Shown: positions 25,619-39,483 of the stretch, one piece after another
Position numbering within the stretch: position 1 is the first letter of the stretch
Layout of the letters: each line of letters starts with the position of its first letter
Source: Chrysomallon squamiferum
Lineage: Eukaryota > Animalia > Mollusca
Assembly (NCBI GenBank): GCA_012295275.1
Contig: CM022672.1
Location: 5,642,001 to 5,706,000, forward strand
DNA length: 64,000 bases
Direction of reading: 5' to 3'
Notes under the pieces: generated by a model
What the model was told of the DNA's origin: nothing
The model's input: only the letters and a program-made list of their open reading frames with translations
Database searches by the model: none
Translations under genes and position numbers: made by a program

Positions 25619-27298
25619 CAACAAATTAATTATAATAATAAAAATAAATAAAATAAACTAACAAAAACCCCAAACAACAACAACCAGAATGGAATTTTGT
25701 ATTATAAATCTCTTTAGAACAGTGTTAGATCTCCAATAATGGCAGTTTTCTGATCATGGTCTCAAATGACAATATGTTTTTCACAAGATGGTATATTTCA
25801 AACAGTGATGTGTTTAAAACACAATGGTATTTTCTTCTGACAACTACTTTTTCAAACAGAGGTTTTATCAACTAATCTGCAAGTTTAACATTTAAGTTTT
25901 GTTAAATCTACTAACATTTTGCATAAAAGAACCCACTTAACTATAAACACACATACACAACTCATGACAATGATTAAAAATAAGAAAACAATGTTTTATA
26001 CAAAATCATGAAATGTAGAAATGAAGAGTATTTTGGGCTTTTTTTTTTCTCTTTGAATGAAAACCAATGACTGAATATACCATATAAAGAATTTACAAAT
26101 ACTGAATTTTAAAATTATTTTACATGAAATGTTTTTCTTTTTCATTCAGATTAACTCTAGATATGTATTATTTTATATAAAAACTGTCTTGCTGATCTTG
26201 GTATGTATTTCTAGCTATTCATTTCTGCCTTGTGTTTATGAACAAATGGCCTAAACATAATATTTAGTGTATCTCAACCTTTAGACCCTGATTGGCCTCT
26301 GTAGCAGCCAAACAACATACTGTTTGCTAAAAAGATAAAGGCATTCCATTTATTTTAACCAGTCACTGTTTTACAAACTGGATCAACTCATGCAAAATAG
26401 AGTATTCTGCCAGTTTGAAGACATGATTCTGCTGTTATTATAACCAGTTTTTGCAAATAACAAAGTATGACAATAAAATCAAAATATAAGCATATTGTGA
26501 ATACCATCATTTTGCTTTTCATACTGTTGTGACATAATTTTAAACAATTTCATGGCCTGATCTGCTGTTTGAAATGTAAGATTAAGAAAATGTCTTAGGT
26601 TATTGCCCTCACACAAAAATAATAAAAACAAAAAACAATAATAAAAATTTGTATTTGTAAGTAGAAAAAAAAAATTGTTAGCCATTATTAATTTTTTCAT
26701 GTACTACTATTAATTGCCTGCTTATTAATCAAACTCACTGTCATCACCAAAAATGTCTTCTTTTTAATGCATTTTTAATGCACTGAAATTAAAACACATG
26801 AACATAACAAACAATACATATCTAATTACATACTGGTAGAAGAATAAAAAATGAAAGCTTTTTTTTTTTTTGTGGTGTTTTTAAGGTGTTTTATTTTTTA
26901 TTGCTATCATGGTATTTGAAAAATTAATTTTTGGAGGTCATAATTGAAAATACATATTTATCAATTTCTATAAAATGATGTTACTAATTCAGTTGAAATG
27001 TATAAAGTACTAAGTCTATATATTTTTTTAACAATAGTTTTAATTTAATTTTTGCTTTATTTTTATATTTATTTATTTATTTATTAAGGCCATTTGTTCA
27101 TGTCGCCAAAGATACACTTTAATAACAGAACTGTGAATGTGAAAATGATTTTTTTTTTTAATATGAACCTCATGACAGAGTTGTAAAAAACAAATGGGAA
27201 AAAAAAAAGTAAATAAAAATTAAAAAAAAGAAAGAATTTAAAATAGTTTTTGATTAAAATAATCAGACCCTGCTAAAACCTTTAAAAACCAGTTAATC
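25080..27298 (-). other. Probable long 3'UTR of DCAF10
   Basis: U-rich (minus strand), CpG-poor tract after the stop codon; AATAAA at 25109-25104. The end point is inferred. Confidence 0.4.
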
Positions 27299-28162
27299 TC
27301 ACAACCGAGGTTGGTTGAATGCAATCTTCCCACTCAGGCAGCCAGATACATACAAACAGTGCACCGGTGAGAACTTCGTCGTCACTACAACATCGCTGTG
27401 TGAAATAGTGCTGCAGAGTTCATACAGCCGTACCGCTGATGTCGGAACGTTATCACAGAGTTCTCTGCACTTGGGGTCGAAGGCCAGCAACCTGACTCCA
27501 TTACCGAATGGAGAACAAATCAGTCTTCCGTCAGAACTGAAACAAAGTTCTTTGATGAAACCGCGGCCAACGTTGGGTTCCTCGGCGAATGCCAACAACC
27601 GTGGTTTGTTCTGACAAACTTTTTTGTTTTTCCTCCGTGCTGGACGTCTTCTTAACAGTGAGTTTTTGAAGATGGTTTGAAATGGAATGAGGGTGATATT
27701 ATTATGAAGGTGAAACGATTCTCCAGTTCGTTCCGTTCTGGTTGCATCGATGGCGACGGTATCCGAACTAGCTGTGTTGAGGGTGGGTGAAGTTGTAGTC
27801 CCGCGGCGAAAATGAATCAAGTCATAACTTCCAAATCCATTGACAGTTATCAAAGGGAATTCATCACTGGATTGTGAATCGCTGTCACTGTCATCGTCCT
27901 CCTCCTGCTCATCTTCATCATTATGTTCATCATCTTCATTCTGTGTCACCTGAGTTGGTTTATTAATGGACTGTCCCAGGTTTTCGTAGGATTTTACGAA
28001 AAGGTCTACAGAGGGTTCATCTGACTGACGAGGGGGAGAGCTGCTCTCGAGAATGCTGCCTGAAGAGGAACAACTGGCCACTGCCGAGTCTTTGTCAGAA
28101 ACAGTTTCTGATTCTTCCTTGTCTCGTTTTGGCAAAGTCTGAATGTCATGAACACATGTCCA
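27299..28162 (-). CDS. DCAF10: DCAF10 terminal coding exon (WTCVHDIQ...acidic insert...NQPRL*)
   Basis: 864 nt, tttctag acceptor, TGA at 27301-27299. Confidence 0.95.
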   Translation of the reverse strand, partial: WTCVHDIQTLPKRDKEESETVSDKDSAVASCSSSGSILESSSPPRQSDEPSVDLFVKSYENLGQSINKPTQVTQNEDDEHNDEDEQEEDDDSDSDSQSSDEFPLITVNGFGSYDLIHFRRGTTTSPTLNTASSDTVAIDATRTERTGESFHLHNNITLIPFQTIFKNSLLRRRPARRKNKKVCQNKPRLLAFAEEPNVGRGFIKELCFSSDGRLICSPFGNGVRLLAFDPKCRELCDNVPTSAVRLYELCSTISHSDVVVTTKFSPVHCLYVSGCLSGKIAFNQPRL

Positions 28163-30899
28163 CTAGAAATACACAAATTAATTTGAATGAATAAAAAGAA
28201 GCAAACAAACAAGTAGTTAAGTAAGTAAATAGATAAATAAAGTAACTAACCAATTATGTAAACTGTCGTGCGTGTGTGGGAAGGAGAGAGACAGAGAAGA
28301 TATAAGTCATTATATTTTGTAATCTTGAAAAAAAAGTGATTTACTTTACAATGTATATTCAACATTTAATGAAAAAAAAGTATACCTCAGATTTCTCTTT
28401 TGCATTAGTATTTCTGGACACTGCGCACCAACCTTGTGGATGTATCTGAAAAGTAAAAAGAAAGTATTACATAATATACTAGTTAAAACAAATAGTTCAG
28501 TTTGTTTTCAAATAGGATTACTGTTTTGTATAAATTTCTAATGCCTTATAAAACTGAGAAGATATACATTACATATAATGATAAAGTTCTTTTCATAAAA
28601 ATCAGTAGAGATTTGAAATTTCAAAATAATAAATTTTTTTTTAGAAAATTAAAAGATACATATCTATACTTACAACTAATTTCACCAAATTATAAAACAT
28701 AAACCTTTAATGTTTTTCACCAAATCAAATTAAAATTCTTTTATAAAATCATAAAATGTATAAACCAATGAGAAAATATTTTCAACAAAATTAAAAGTAT
28801 ATATAAACCTATAAAACTAAACAACAAAGTACTTTTAAAATTTAAAGAAATATAAACCAATGAAAAAGTTATTTGTCAAAAATTTAAAACTTAAAAACCT
28901 GCAGAGATGAAATGACTTCTGCTTGGTTCTCCTGCGGGAAGTCACTAATAAACTCGACTCTGTTTCGAGTTCTCTCAAACACGTGATTGTACTCTATCAA
29001 CATCGAGTTGTCCAGCTGGCTTATCTGCATCTGACGGTACAAGGTGGGTTTGAACCCACTCAGGTCCTCGGCTAGGGTGTTAAGGTCAAGGTTGTGAATA
29101 ATAATGAGGTATCCCACTGCTGTTGAGATGACAAGCTGGGAATTGTCTGGAGTTAGTTTTGACCGCATCAAAGCACCAGTGTGAAATACTTTGTTAGGTG
29201 TGTGCTCCTCATTTGTGTAACTAAAAATGTGGAAAAAAAAAAAAAAAAAATTATATAATAGAAATTAAAAGTTTAAAAGAAATGTAAATAAAAACAATAT
29301 GATGAATGTAAAATAACGCAAGATAAAACTTAAAAAAAGGGGAATTTGGGGATTTGAAAATGAAAGGAGAGGTGATACATATTAAATGAAAGCCCAAACA
29401 ATAACTTCTCTTCTAACTCAGTGTTATCACTGACACTAATCAAGTGATTTAATATACCTGTTTATGTCCCAGGTGAAAATGCTTCCATCAAACCCAGAAG
29501 TGACGAGAAGTCCTAGACTGCTGGCATATTCAATATTTTTCACCCAGTTAGAATGTCCAAGAAATGTTCGTATCTTCTGTTTGAGGTATCGGGCATCCCA
29601 TAATGCCACAGTGGTGTCATCGGAACATGTAGCAAAAACACGAGTGTCAAGAAATCTGAAACAAAAATCAGTTCTCATTTCCTAATAATCAAAATTATTT
29701 GCAGAATGTATTGGGTTGAGGAATAAGTCACAGCAGTTAAATTAAATTTAATCATTACATAGAAGAAATCTTAAGCTTAATTGATAACAAGATGTAATTT
29801 GATCAATAATGTATTCTCAGTTGTTATTTACCACTTCTTCCCAACGGTCAACAAGTTTTTCAATGCCTCTGCAATAAATCTGAATCAATTATGAACTGCA
29901 GTGACCTATTCCTCAACCCAGTATTTAAAATACTTCTTTGTATCGCCATTGGGGAATTCACTTTAAGGTATTTGTTAGAGCCATTACACATACCTTTAAG
30001 TTTCATGTTTCCAGAATTAGTAACTGAATATATAAACGTGTCACTATTTAGTGTGATGTTGGAGATTACATACCGTACACAGTTAACACAATCATCATGA
30101 GCTTCATCTTTTGAATCAATCAGTTTTCCATTGAATGGATCAAACATGAGAATGCTTTGTTTTTCACAAGCAGCAACCAGAAGAGAACTGAAAGAAAACC
30201 CAACAATAATAGTTAATTAAAAAAAAAGAATATAAAATTTAAAAAAAAAAGAAAACAAAACAAAGATTTGTTCTGCATAAGCAGTTAGTATCTTCACAAT
30301 AAATTTCTGCAAAGGACACTGTAGAAAAACAAGAAAATCTATAGGACACCAATCTTTAATAGGCCGCATGAGAATAAATGAGAGAATATTTAATAGAACT
30401 GATTTCAGCATTTGTGGAAAAAGAAAAAAGTAATAATGATGATGATGATTAAATAAATAAATAAATAATCACAATTTTTGTTACAAAGAAGTATTAATAA
30501 AATATATTAAATTCTCCGAGTTTGTGTTTTTAGAAAATATAGCAAAATAACATTAAGAAAGCTTCCAAAAAAAACCCACCATAAAATTATTAATAATGCT
30601 AAATAAACTATGTCCCTTACATATATTATTGTATTTTGTCAATTTTTTTATTTATTTATAATCTCAGGTAAGTTCTTACAAACCAGGAATAAATGTACAA
30701 ACCCATCTGTAGAATAATCAAAATTGAATATTCCTCCATGATGTGAATGACTCGTTGTTTTGTTTGGTTCAAATGTGTTGACAACTTGAAGAGACTGATA
30801 GAGTTGATTGTAAATGGATGTATTATCATCATAACTTGCTCTGCTGCCAATTTCCCTCTTCCGTAACCATCGCCATGGAACAAAGTCACATGACCCCAT
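27299..30899 (-). CDS. DCAF10: DDB1- and CUL4-associated factor 10 (WD40 protein WDR32); 6 coding exons, 1755 nt, 584 aa
   Basis: Exons 30899-30703, 30187-30074, 29655-29458, 29220-28899, 28445-28386, 28162-27299; GT-AG introns with consistent phases. Motifs: AHDDCVNCVRFLD.R.FATCSDDTTVALWDAR, GHSNWVKNIEY, LLVTSGFDG, SSLQIHPQGW, WTCVHD, EEPNVGRGFIKELCFSSDGRLICSPFGNGVRLLAFD, SGCLSGKIAFNQPRL. Confidence 0.96.
28386..28445 (-). CDS. DCAF10: DCAF10 coding exon 5 (IHPQGWCAVSRNTNAKEKSE)
   Basis: 60 nt, tttcag/GTATAC flanks; not in the ORF track. Confidence 0.92.
28899..29220 (-). CDS. DCAF10: DCAF10 coding exon 4 (YTNEEH...LMRSKLTPD...EVISSLQ)
   Basis: 322 nt, phase 2-0. Confidence 0.93.
29458..29655 (-). 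CDS. DCAF10: DCAF10 coding exon 3 (FLDTRVFATCSDD...WDIN)
   Basis: 198 nt, WD40 repeats including WDxR. Confidence 0.96.
30074..30187 (-). CDS. DCAF10: DCAF10 coding exon 2 (SLLVAACEKQSILMFDP...AHDDCVNCVR)
   Basis: 114 nt, phase 2-2. Confidence 0.95.
30703..30899 (-). CDS. DCAF10: DCAF10 coding exon 1 (MGSCDFVPWRWLRKREIG...HGGIFNFDYSTDG)
   Basis: ATG at 30899, acceptor at 30909, donor GTTTGT, phase 2; WL..RE.G helix typical of DCAF DDB1-binding boxes. Confidence 0.88.
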
Positions 30900-31359
30900 A
30901 GCTCAAGTGCTAACAAAAAAGGAAAACTATTATTATTTATTAATTTACCAATTTTTATTTGGTAACTTTGTTTTACCTGTATCTCCTGTTTACAAATAAT
31001 AATTTGCTGATAAAGATTAATATAGATAGATAGATATTTAAAAAAATAATACTTTGGAGAATGTTATAATAGTGGCCTCTTAGAGTTAGCATTATGTAGT
31101 TCTGTGAAAGAATGTGTGTTATTGATTTTCATCGAAATAAGATGACATTACGTATTTAGTTAAGAATTACATTTATTTTTCATTCATACAGAAAGGATTA
31201 AAAAAAAACCCCAAATACTTGGGCAATAATTGGAATAATAATAACAAAAATTGTTGATGCACACGCTGAAGATTTAATCCAAATAAAAAGTCTGAGACCA
31301 GTTTAAACAACTCTATATTATGATTATCAGATTACATATAATCGTAAACAAGACTGTTC

Positions 31360-32000
31360 CGATGTTAATTTCCGGTTTAGAGCTACTGAAATATATCACT
31401 ACAAATAAAAATTATGTCACCATAACTGGATCATGACCACATCTACCAGTGGTATTTTGGCGATATTAAAATTTATATTGACTATTTTAATGTATATTTA
31501 ATATTATTTTTAGTACTAGCATCTTATTCAAGGCTGTTTACCGGGATTTTTAAGCACTGTCTCTAAAGAAAACTACATACACAGAACCAGAAAAAGGTAA
31601 TAAATTAATTGGTGTGTGGCTACCTGTACGGCTGTTTATAATACTACAAGCAGTAGGAGTACTAGACCCGTGTCACGTACGTGCTTGTTTATCCATCTTA
31701 TTTTAACGTAATAAATATTTACCGTACACTTCGACTTTACAGAAAAATTACCGTTTAGGTTTATCACCAGTTGTTAATAATTTTATTCCATTTAATTCCT
31801 TCACATTATTTTTTATATATGGTTTTGTAAGATGATTAAAATGACTTGTGTCTCTCAGAAAAAGTAACAAATATTAAATCTAAGACTAAGCAAGTAAAAT
31901 AAACACAAAACATAGTTGTTTTACAGGGAGGAGAAGTACCCGAAGGGAAACAACTCCATTCGTATCTTTTGATGTTGCTGTCAGAATGAGTGGATACCTC
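31360..32000 (-). promoter_or_regulatory. Candidate DCAF10 promoter/5'UTR exon region
   Basis: CpGs reappear; candidate donors CAG|GTAGCC (about 31623) and ACG|GTAAAT (about 31722); coding exon 1 has a 5' acceptor. Confidence 0.4.
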
Positions 32001-32057
32001 GACGTAATTTAAATATTAAAAATGTATGTTTCAGTATGTTTCAATATTAACATGTAA

Positions 32058-32109
32058 TACATAATATTTATTTGATTCTTGCTTTTTTACATTTGATTAA
32101 AATAAATAA

Positions 32110-32149
<40 letters not shown>

Positions 32150-32259
32150 ATTATTATTATTATTATTATTGTTGTTGTTTTTAATTTTAAAATAATTTAG
32201 AGGAATTTTCATAAATTTTTTACATAATATTTATTTGATTCTTCCTTTTTTACATTTGA

Positions 32260-32265
<6 letters not shown>
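32058..32265. repeat. Local duplication of about 45 bp, each copy followed by (AT)n
   Basis: tacataatatttatttgattctt.cttttttacatttgattaa at about 32058 and 32221. Confidence 0.85.
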
Positions 32266-32308
<43 letters not shown>

Positions 32309-32649
32309 TTAAAATTAAAAACTATAATAATAATAATAATAATTAAATCAATTCCTTGAAGTATAGCATTTCCTTATTAAACTTAAAGAGTCACAGAGTT
32401 AAAAAACAAAACAAAACAAAAACAAAAAAACATTAAAAACAAACAAACAAACAAAACAAATCTAATAAAAAAACAAGAACAACAAACAAAACAAAACAGG
32501 AGTTGTTTGTAAAACTTTTTATGATTAATATTTCCTTTACATTTAAACACTGATACTAGCAACGTTAAAACATAAAAGCGAGCGCAAATGATCTGTGTAA
32601 TTCTCGAAATACTGAAAATCGCTAAATGCAGATGCATGTTGATATACAT

Positions 32650-32740
<91 letters not shown>

Positions 32741-33031
32741 TAAGACCAACGGTTTTAAATTTTATCTTGAAAGGACAATCTCCGACATGTTTTTCGTTTT
32801 CAAACGGAACTAGAAACAAATGTAGACTGATAAAAACAAGCGGCATGAAAAATTACAAGTCGTTGTAGAGTTAATCGAATTTTTCTGTCATGGCCACTGA
32901 AAGAACCAGACAACAGTGGTTGCTGTCGTACAGAGATAAAAGATATCATAAAATGTGGAAGAAACCTGAAATGGTCGTCAGAAAGAGGTGGATTTTATAC
33001 AGGGGTGGCCGGAAAAGCTGGTTTGACTGTA
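32741..33031. mobile_element. Degenerate Tc1/mariner-type MITE end
   Basis: Ends gaggtgg..tatacaggggtggccg..ctggtttgactg + TA (reverse complement TA-CAGTCAAACC TIR type); left end not identifiable. Confidence 0.45.
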
Positions 33032-33627
33032 GGTAAAATACCACATGTAACTGGTATAAGGCCTACATATATGTGTTGCACATTTTTCAACTGCTGATAG
33101 TTATTCAACTTTTTTTTTTTCAAAACGATAAATGAAAGAAACTAAGTCAAATGTAAAATGCTTCCTTTATTACTTTAATATAAAATGTTTCCACCTCATT
33201 TAGAGCAAGCTATTCTAATCTTTTTCCAGGCGCTAATTTGAATGGTCGGCAAAGAAATACACACTAAAATAATATTATAACCATACGTATTGTTCTCATA
33301 TGCGACTAAACATTTCGTAACGGTGAGAAAAAGAAAAAAAGGTGAATGAAGAAGGGTGTATAGTTATCGTAATGAAATATCTATCGATAACAACAGGAGG
33401 TGCCACCTACTACATCCTTGAACTGAGACTATTTTATTTCATTAACAACAGTTCAAGGAAAGACGTATTTGTATCTGGCATCCATTACGTAGAGTTGTCT
33501 ACCTTATATCGAATATTAAAAAGTGTAAGAAGAAACTGTAGAGGAAGAGCTTGAATTGCTTACTGTACTGAGCATACATACCAGTGGCGTTAAGTGACCA
33601 GTTAAACAACAACAACAACAACAAAAA

Positions 33628-33663
<36 letters not shown>

Positions 33664-34726
33664 AATAAATAAATAATAATCTGACATTACCTGTAATGTA
33701 CTTTGTGTCAAGATGTCTTGACATCCGAAAAATATCAGCTGATTTCCATGTCAAGATATAATTTAACATTAATATACTCGTCTATCGTAAACACGTAAGT
33801 TATTAAATGTCATCATCATTGCGGATGTGTGTTATTCTCAAACTTAATTTTTAACAAAGATTATTATTTACATAAAATAAATATATCGATCACTAATTCG
33901 AAGATGTGTAAAAAGTATTAAATTAAGAATGTTAAAGTTTAAGAGTACACTTCAACATGAAACAAAAAAAAAAAAAAAAAAAAAAAAAATAAATAAAAAT
34001 AAATAAAAATAAAAAATAAAATAATTAAAACAACAACAATCACAAATTTTAAAGTAAAAGAGAAAAAAAAAGAGAAACAGTAATTAAAAAAAACCCACCC
34101 AAACAAACAAAAGATCCCACCTCCCCCACCCAGAAAAAAAATAATAATAAAGAGAAAAAAACACACTGAATAATCCAAAGTTTATTTAACATGTTTCTTC
34201 ATATTAACACAAATTCAATTAATAACTGCTACTTCTGTAGGCGAAGAAGGTTCATTCAGCATGCTACAGTGAAGACAAACAGATGAGAAAAAAAAACACC
34301 AAAAAAAAAAAAAAAAAAAAAAACCTTAATCATCTTGACGAATGGCAGGAATACCTAAAAATGTGGCTTCCATACGTATTTTCAGACTGATGTATGTTTC
34401 GTGTGGGCAGTGTGCACAATTATTAGCTTAGGGAAACTGCACTAATGCAACAATTAAAGAACTGCAGATAGAAATAAAGATCAAGACTGTATCAAGTTAT
34501 TGCTGCAAGTCCATTCAGAGAAATTCCTAAATTATTTTAATGAAAGACAAAACAGTACGTAGTCACTAATTAGACGGTGCCTCCTTATTTCTGCGTTTTA
34601 TTTTAATACGACAACACAAAGCTATTTATAATTCAGTACGAAATAATTATCTGGTTACAATGTAAAACGCTAGTATGTATTTATTTATTTTTCTTACACA
34701 CACACACACACACATGTGTGTGTATG

Positions 34727-34757
<31 letters not shown>

Positions 34758-35575
34758 GTGTGTGTGTGTGTGTATTTTAATACGAGAGAATATAGTTATT
34801 CACAATTTTATTTGCAAGAAAAGAGAGAGAAAGAAAACAAAATTAAAAATGAAAAGACAATGCTGAAGAAATGAAAACTAACAATATCGGTTAACAACGG
34901 TAATTAAATGAATGAAACAAAAATAGAAAAACTAATAATTAAAAGTTATTTTGCTTTCAGATTGCAAAAAAAAAAAAAGAAAAAAGAAAATAATTGACTG
35001 AGACACACACAGACACACACACCTACATACATACAATACAATATCGTAGGTAGCTATATACAAACATGCACACATATATAGATGTATAACCTACACACAT
35101 ACATATATATACTTACATACATACGTACATGGATATATATATATACATACATACATACATGTACAAACAATATGTGTGTGTGTATGAATGTGTGTCTATC
35201 AATATATATGCATATATATTAGAGACGTCATTAAACTAACATTCATTCATTCGATCGCTTCTCAGAGTTCATTAACTGAGTGTCTGGTAAAACACAGAGA
35301 GGAAATGTTTGTATCGATTTCCAGACAGATCTGTCTGTAAGCACAATACAACGTGACGGTTTTCCATTTCATGGTACAATTATAATTTTATTTCGATTCG
35401 AACTGAAAACGTGTTGGATAATGTTACGATAAGTTATATTTGTTTTACTTATTTATTTATTATTATTATTTTAAGGATTTGTTTTGTACTTTGACATCAC
35501 AGATTTGTACCTCGTACGTTAATTCTTTAAATCTGTTGAAAACGAAACATTATCGTTAATAATAATAATAATAAT

Positions 35576-35621
<46 letters not shown>

Positions 35622-36899
35622 TAAATGAAGTCTGACATTATATATTTATAAATACATTAAGCAGCAACAATAATAATAACAGTAAAGAAAGAAGGAAAGA
35701 GATAATTTAATGATAAATATCTTAATAATAAAATAACAGAAACCGTATAGGAACGGTAAACAGAAATCAGTAAAAGAAGAAGAACAACAACAACGATGAC
35801 GATGACAATAACAACAATAAGAAGAAGAAGAAGAAGAAGAAAAAGAAGATAAAAAACCCAAGAAACCAAAAAAAAAAAAAAAAAAAAAAAAACCTCTCAC
35901 CAAAACCAAACCAAAAACAACAAACAAAACAAAACAAAAATCAACTAGCAAAAAAACACCAACAACAATCTAAAACAAACAAAAAAAGAAAAAAAACCCA
36001 ACAAAACCCCCCCAAAAAACAAAAAAACACAACAACAACAACAACAAAACACCATATACAATTATAATATACAATTATAATATAAGCTACACCAAATTAT
36101 ATCTTACAAATATACTAAATTAAAACTAAGCATAATCTGAGAATAAAACACTGCCTTGTGGTGAAGGTTACAGTGTATCTTTGGAGCTATGTTGTATTTT
36201 ATGTCTGACAACATTCACTGATTGCTACAGGGTGAACAAGAGTGGCGCCTTTTTAACAATTGTTTATCTTTTTACTTAACTTGAGCGATGAACGTGGAAA
36301 CTCTGTGTGCTCGTTCACACTAACTGTAGAATTGATTCAATGTCCTTATGCTTTGAACTGACCGCGCCTTTTTTTTTTTTTTTTTTTTTTTTTTCTCGTC
36401 ATTTTTTCATGTCGATTCAGTGAAGGTGTAATGATATGGAAATGATATGATAAAAAAAAACCAGGTTAAAATAATAATAATAATAGTAATAATAATAATA
36501 ATAATAAATAAATAAATAAATAAATAAATGAAAATAATTAGATGACTCTGCAGTTTTCAAAGGCGAGAGGGGACATACAGCCTCGTTTTCGTGCAGTTGT
36601 TCAAATGGCACAACCATAGAAGTATGTAACCATGAAACTGATCCTTTGAACAATAAAAAGACAAATGATAATCTTGTTGTTGTTGTTGTTATTACGTTGT
36701 TCTGTCAAATTATTGTAATAAGCGAAGAATAAGGACAAAGTGACGATAATAAAGAAATGACGTCACATTCAGAGGACAGCCATACTCGTAATTTCGCGGA
36801 CACTAATTTACACAAATACACAGTACAAACTACACACTAAATATACACAAACGATACGTAGAATGTACACTTATCTACTAACACACTAACACACTAACA

Positions 36900-37090
<191 letters not shown>

Positions 37091-37349
37091 GACAACATAC
37101 ATATTAACTTATGCATAGTCTGAGAATAAAACATAGCCTTGGTTTATATGTTTATGTATATTGATGTATATTTATATCTGGATGTTTAATTTCGGTTTAC
37201 GTGTTGTTGTTTTTGTTGTTTGTTTGTTAGTTTTTATTTTATTTGGGATGGTGAGCTTTTTTTCAGTTTTTTTTTTAGTTTTTAGATCCGTTTATTATAT
37301 ATATTTGTATACTTTTTAATAATAATATGCTTTCTTGTGAGCATAATTT

Positions 37350-37958
37350 ATACTTCTCTTTTCTTATCTGTCTTTATCTACATGATATCTCTACGTTATT
37401 AAATTTTTGTGTAAATGAGTTTGTATAATCTTCATGCTAGTTAATTTTGTGGTTCTGTTTGTATTTTTTATGTGTATGTATATTGTTTGAAAGTGTTAAC
37501 ATATGGACATGTTTGTGTATGTATTTGCTTATGTGTGTATATATATATATATGTTTATTCAAAGTATATGTTTTAATAATGTTGGTTTCTATTTATTTCA
37601 ACATATTTATTTAATATGTATTCCTGTGTTTATTCTTATTTATATACACATTCATATTTGCTTATTGTTTACTATTTGATTGTTTTTGGCGTTTCTGTGT
37701 TCTTATATTTATATTTGTGCGTGTTCTTATTTATGTGATACTGATATTATAGAATCGTACTGTGAATAAACACATATACAAAAATACATATACACATATA
37801 CTCACACATACACAAACACATCCAACACTTCCAAATGCACATATACACATACAAAATACAAGCAGAAATATAAAGTTAACAAGCATGAAGATTATACGAA
37901 CTCATTTACATAACAAATTAATAACACGCAGATAAACACAGATGCGAAGAGAGAAATA
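37350..37958. repeat. Long imperfect inverted repeat (arms about 37350-37580 and 37745-37958)
   Basis: gtaaatgagtttgtataatcttcatgct (37411) is the near-exact reverse complement of agcatgaagattatacgaactcatttac (37882); similarity extends across both arms. Confidence 0.85.
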
Positions 37959-38447
37959 TGCTTGTTGATTTCGTCTTCTGTGTTTCTATATTTTAACGCT
38001 GTGTCAATTAATGTTTATGTGCTTGTGCATTATTGATAATCATTTGCACGCATCTGAAATTTGTTTTCCAGGTTTATATGTTTTATATGCGTATTTATTC
38101 ATGTTGATATAATTTAGCCTTCTGATTTTTCAATAATCACTCCCCCCAAAAAACAAAAAAACATTATGACTAGATTCTAATTCGATATCATACACACAAA
38201 CACACTAATATATGTTTGTGTGTGTTTGTGTGTGCGTGCGTGTGTGTGTGTGTGTGTTCGTGTGTTCGTAAAACCCGACAGTACACATAGATACTGAGGC
38301 ACTGTAAATTTATTAATTATAAATGTGGCGGTAAGTTATATCTGTGTAAATATGTAGCCTATATCTGTATGTGTACTAGTACATGCTTTTATATATACGT
38401 ATACATCTTTGTTCATGTATATGATTATATGGTTCAGTATGATATAT

Positions 38448-38594
38448 TAAACATAAATGAATACAAACGCTGCAAATTCAGTTAAAGTACAGATAAGCAA
38501 TAAATATACTGTTGCATAAGACGACATAAAACATAAATGAATACATACAAATTCAGTTAAAGTACAGATAAGCAATAAATATACTGTTGCATAA
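38448..38594. repeat. Two-copy tandem duplication of about 80 bp
   Basis: aaacataaatgaataca..caaattcagttaaagtacagataagcaataaatatactgttgcataa occurs twice. Confidence 0.92.
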
Positions 38595-38660
38595 TTATAA
38601 AAGACGACTACGTTTTCCACCAGGAAGGGTCTCGCGTCACACTTTTCAGTGGTGACTCGA

Positions 38661-38795
38661 AGCACTTGGAAGGAGATGAAAGCCCTGCTTTCTCCCACCT
38701 CTACTTAGCACGCATCAGACGAAAATAACAAGTAAAAATCTAGACGTTATGCCCGAGGTAGGTGAACCTTGCAGATAGTGCGACTTCATTACTTA
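38661..38795 (+). repeat. Dispersed repeat copy A (pairs with 41211-41347)
   Basis: ctcccacctctactt..aaaata..gac.tt.tgcc.gaggt.ggt....cttgca...cgac.t.attact is colinear in both copies. Confidence 0.75.
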
Positions 38796-39361
38796 GTCGT
38801 AATATTTTCATTTATTATTATTATTATTATTTTTTTTAGCTTGAATCGCGTCTTGGAACAATCCTGCATCACAGTACAAAACACATAAGAAACAACCCCA
38901 GTCGTTATACATCAACATTAAATATCGGAAAAAATTGGAACTCTTGCTTTTTATGTCCCCTTTTGATATATGCAAACACGATTTTAGATTTTATTAACTT
39001 ACGCTGCCTGCTCTTGTCAGCTTGTACTTGAAGTATAAGTACATTTTAAAAACGTTTATTGACTGACTATAAACCTGTACAACTGAGTGTATTAGAAAGT
39101 CTACATCATTATATATATATAGCAAAGAAAATCTTTGGGTTCAGGTAAAGTCTGGCATGCACACATATTCAAGACTCATTTTCATTTAATTTTATTTTAT
39201 TTTTTCATAAGCTAGATGTGTTTTGGTATGTGAATACGTGATCATTTCTGTGCTAGTGTTTGCGAGTTTTGAATTAATGAATTGTATTGTTTATGTTAGT
39301 TTAAGTTTCACATAGTAAAACATAGCATAATACATTATTTTCATTATGTGTGTGTGTGTGT

Positions 39362-39483
<122 letters not shown>

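Noticed and set aside
12054-30100. Plus-strand ORFs overlapping NCAPG and DCAF10 exons (for example 14580, 15225, 18902, 19698, 27315, 29464)
   Set aside because: Antisense shadows of real minus-strand exons
10266-30899. Apparent conserved synteny with the mammalian NCAPG-DCAF16 pair
   Set aside because: The neighbour here is DCAF10, a WD40 protein unrelated to DCAF16, and it is in tandem rather than head-to-head orientation; this is only a naming coincidence
30882-30899. DCAF10 N-terminus MGSCDF as a myristoylation/palmitoylation signal
   Set aside because: Lacks Ser/Thr at position 6 and there is no conservation evidence available
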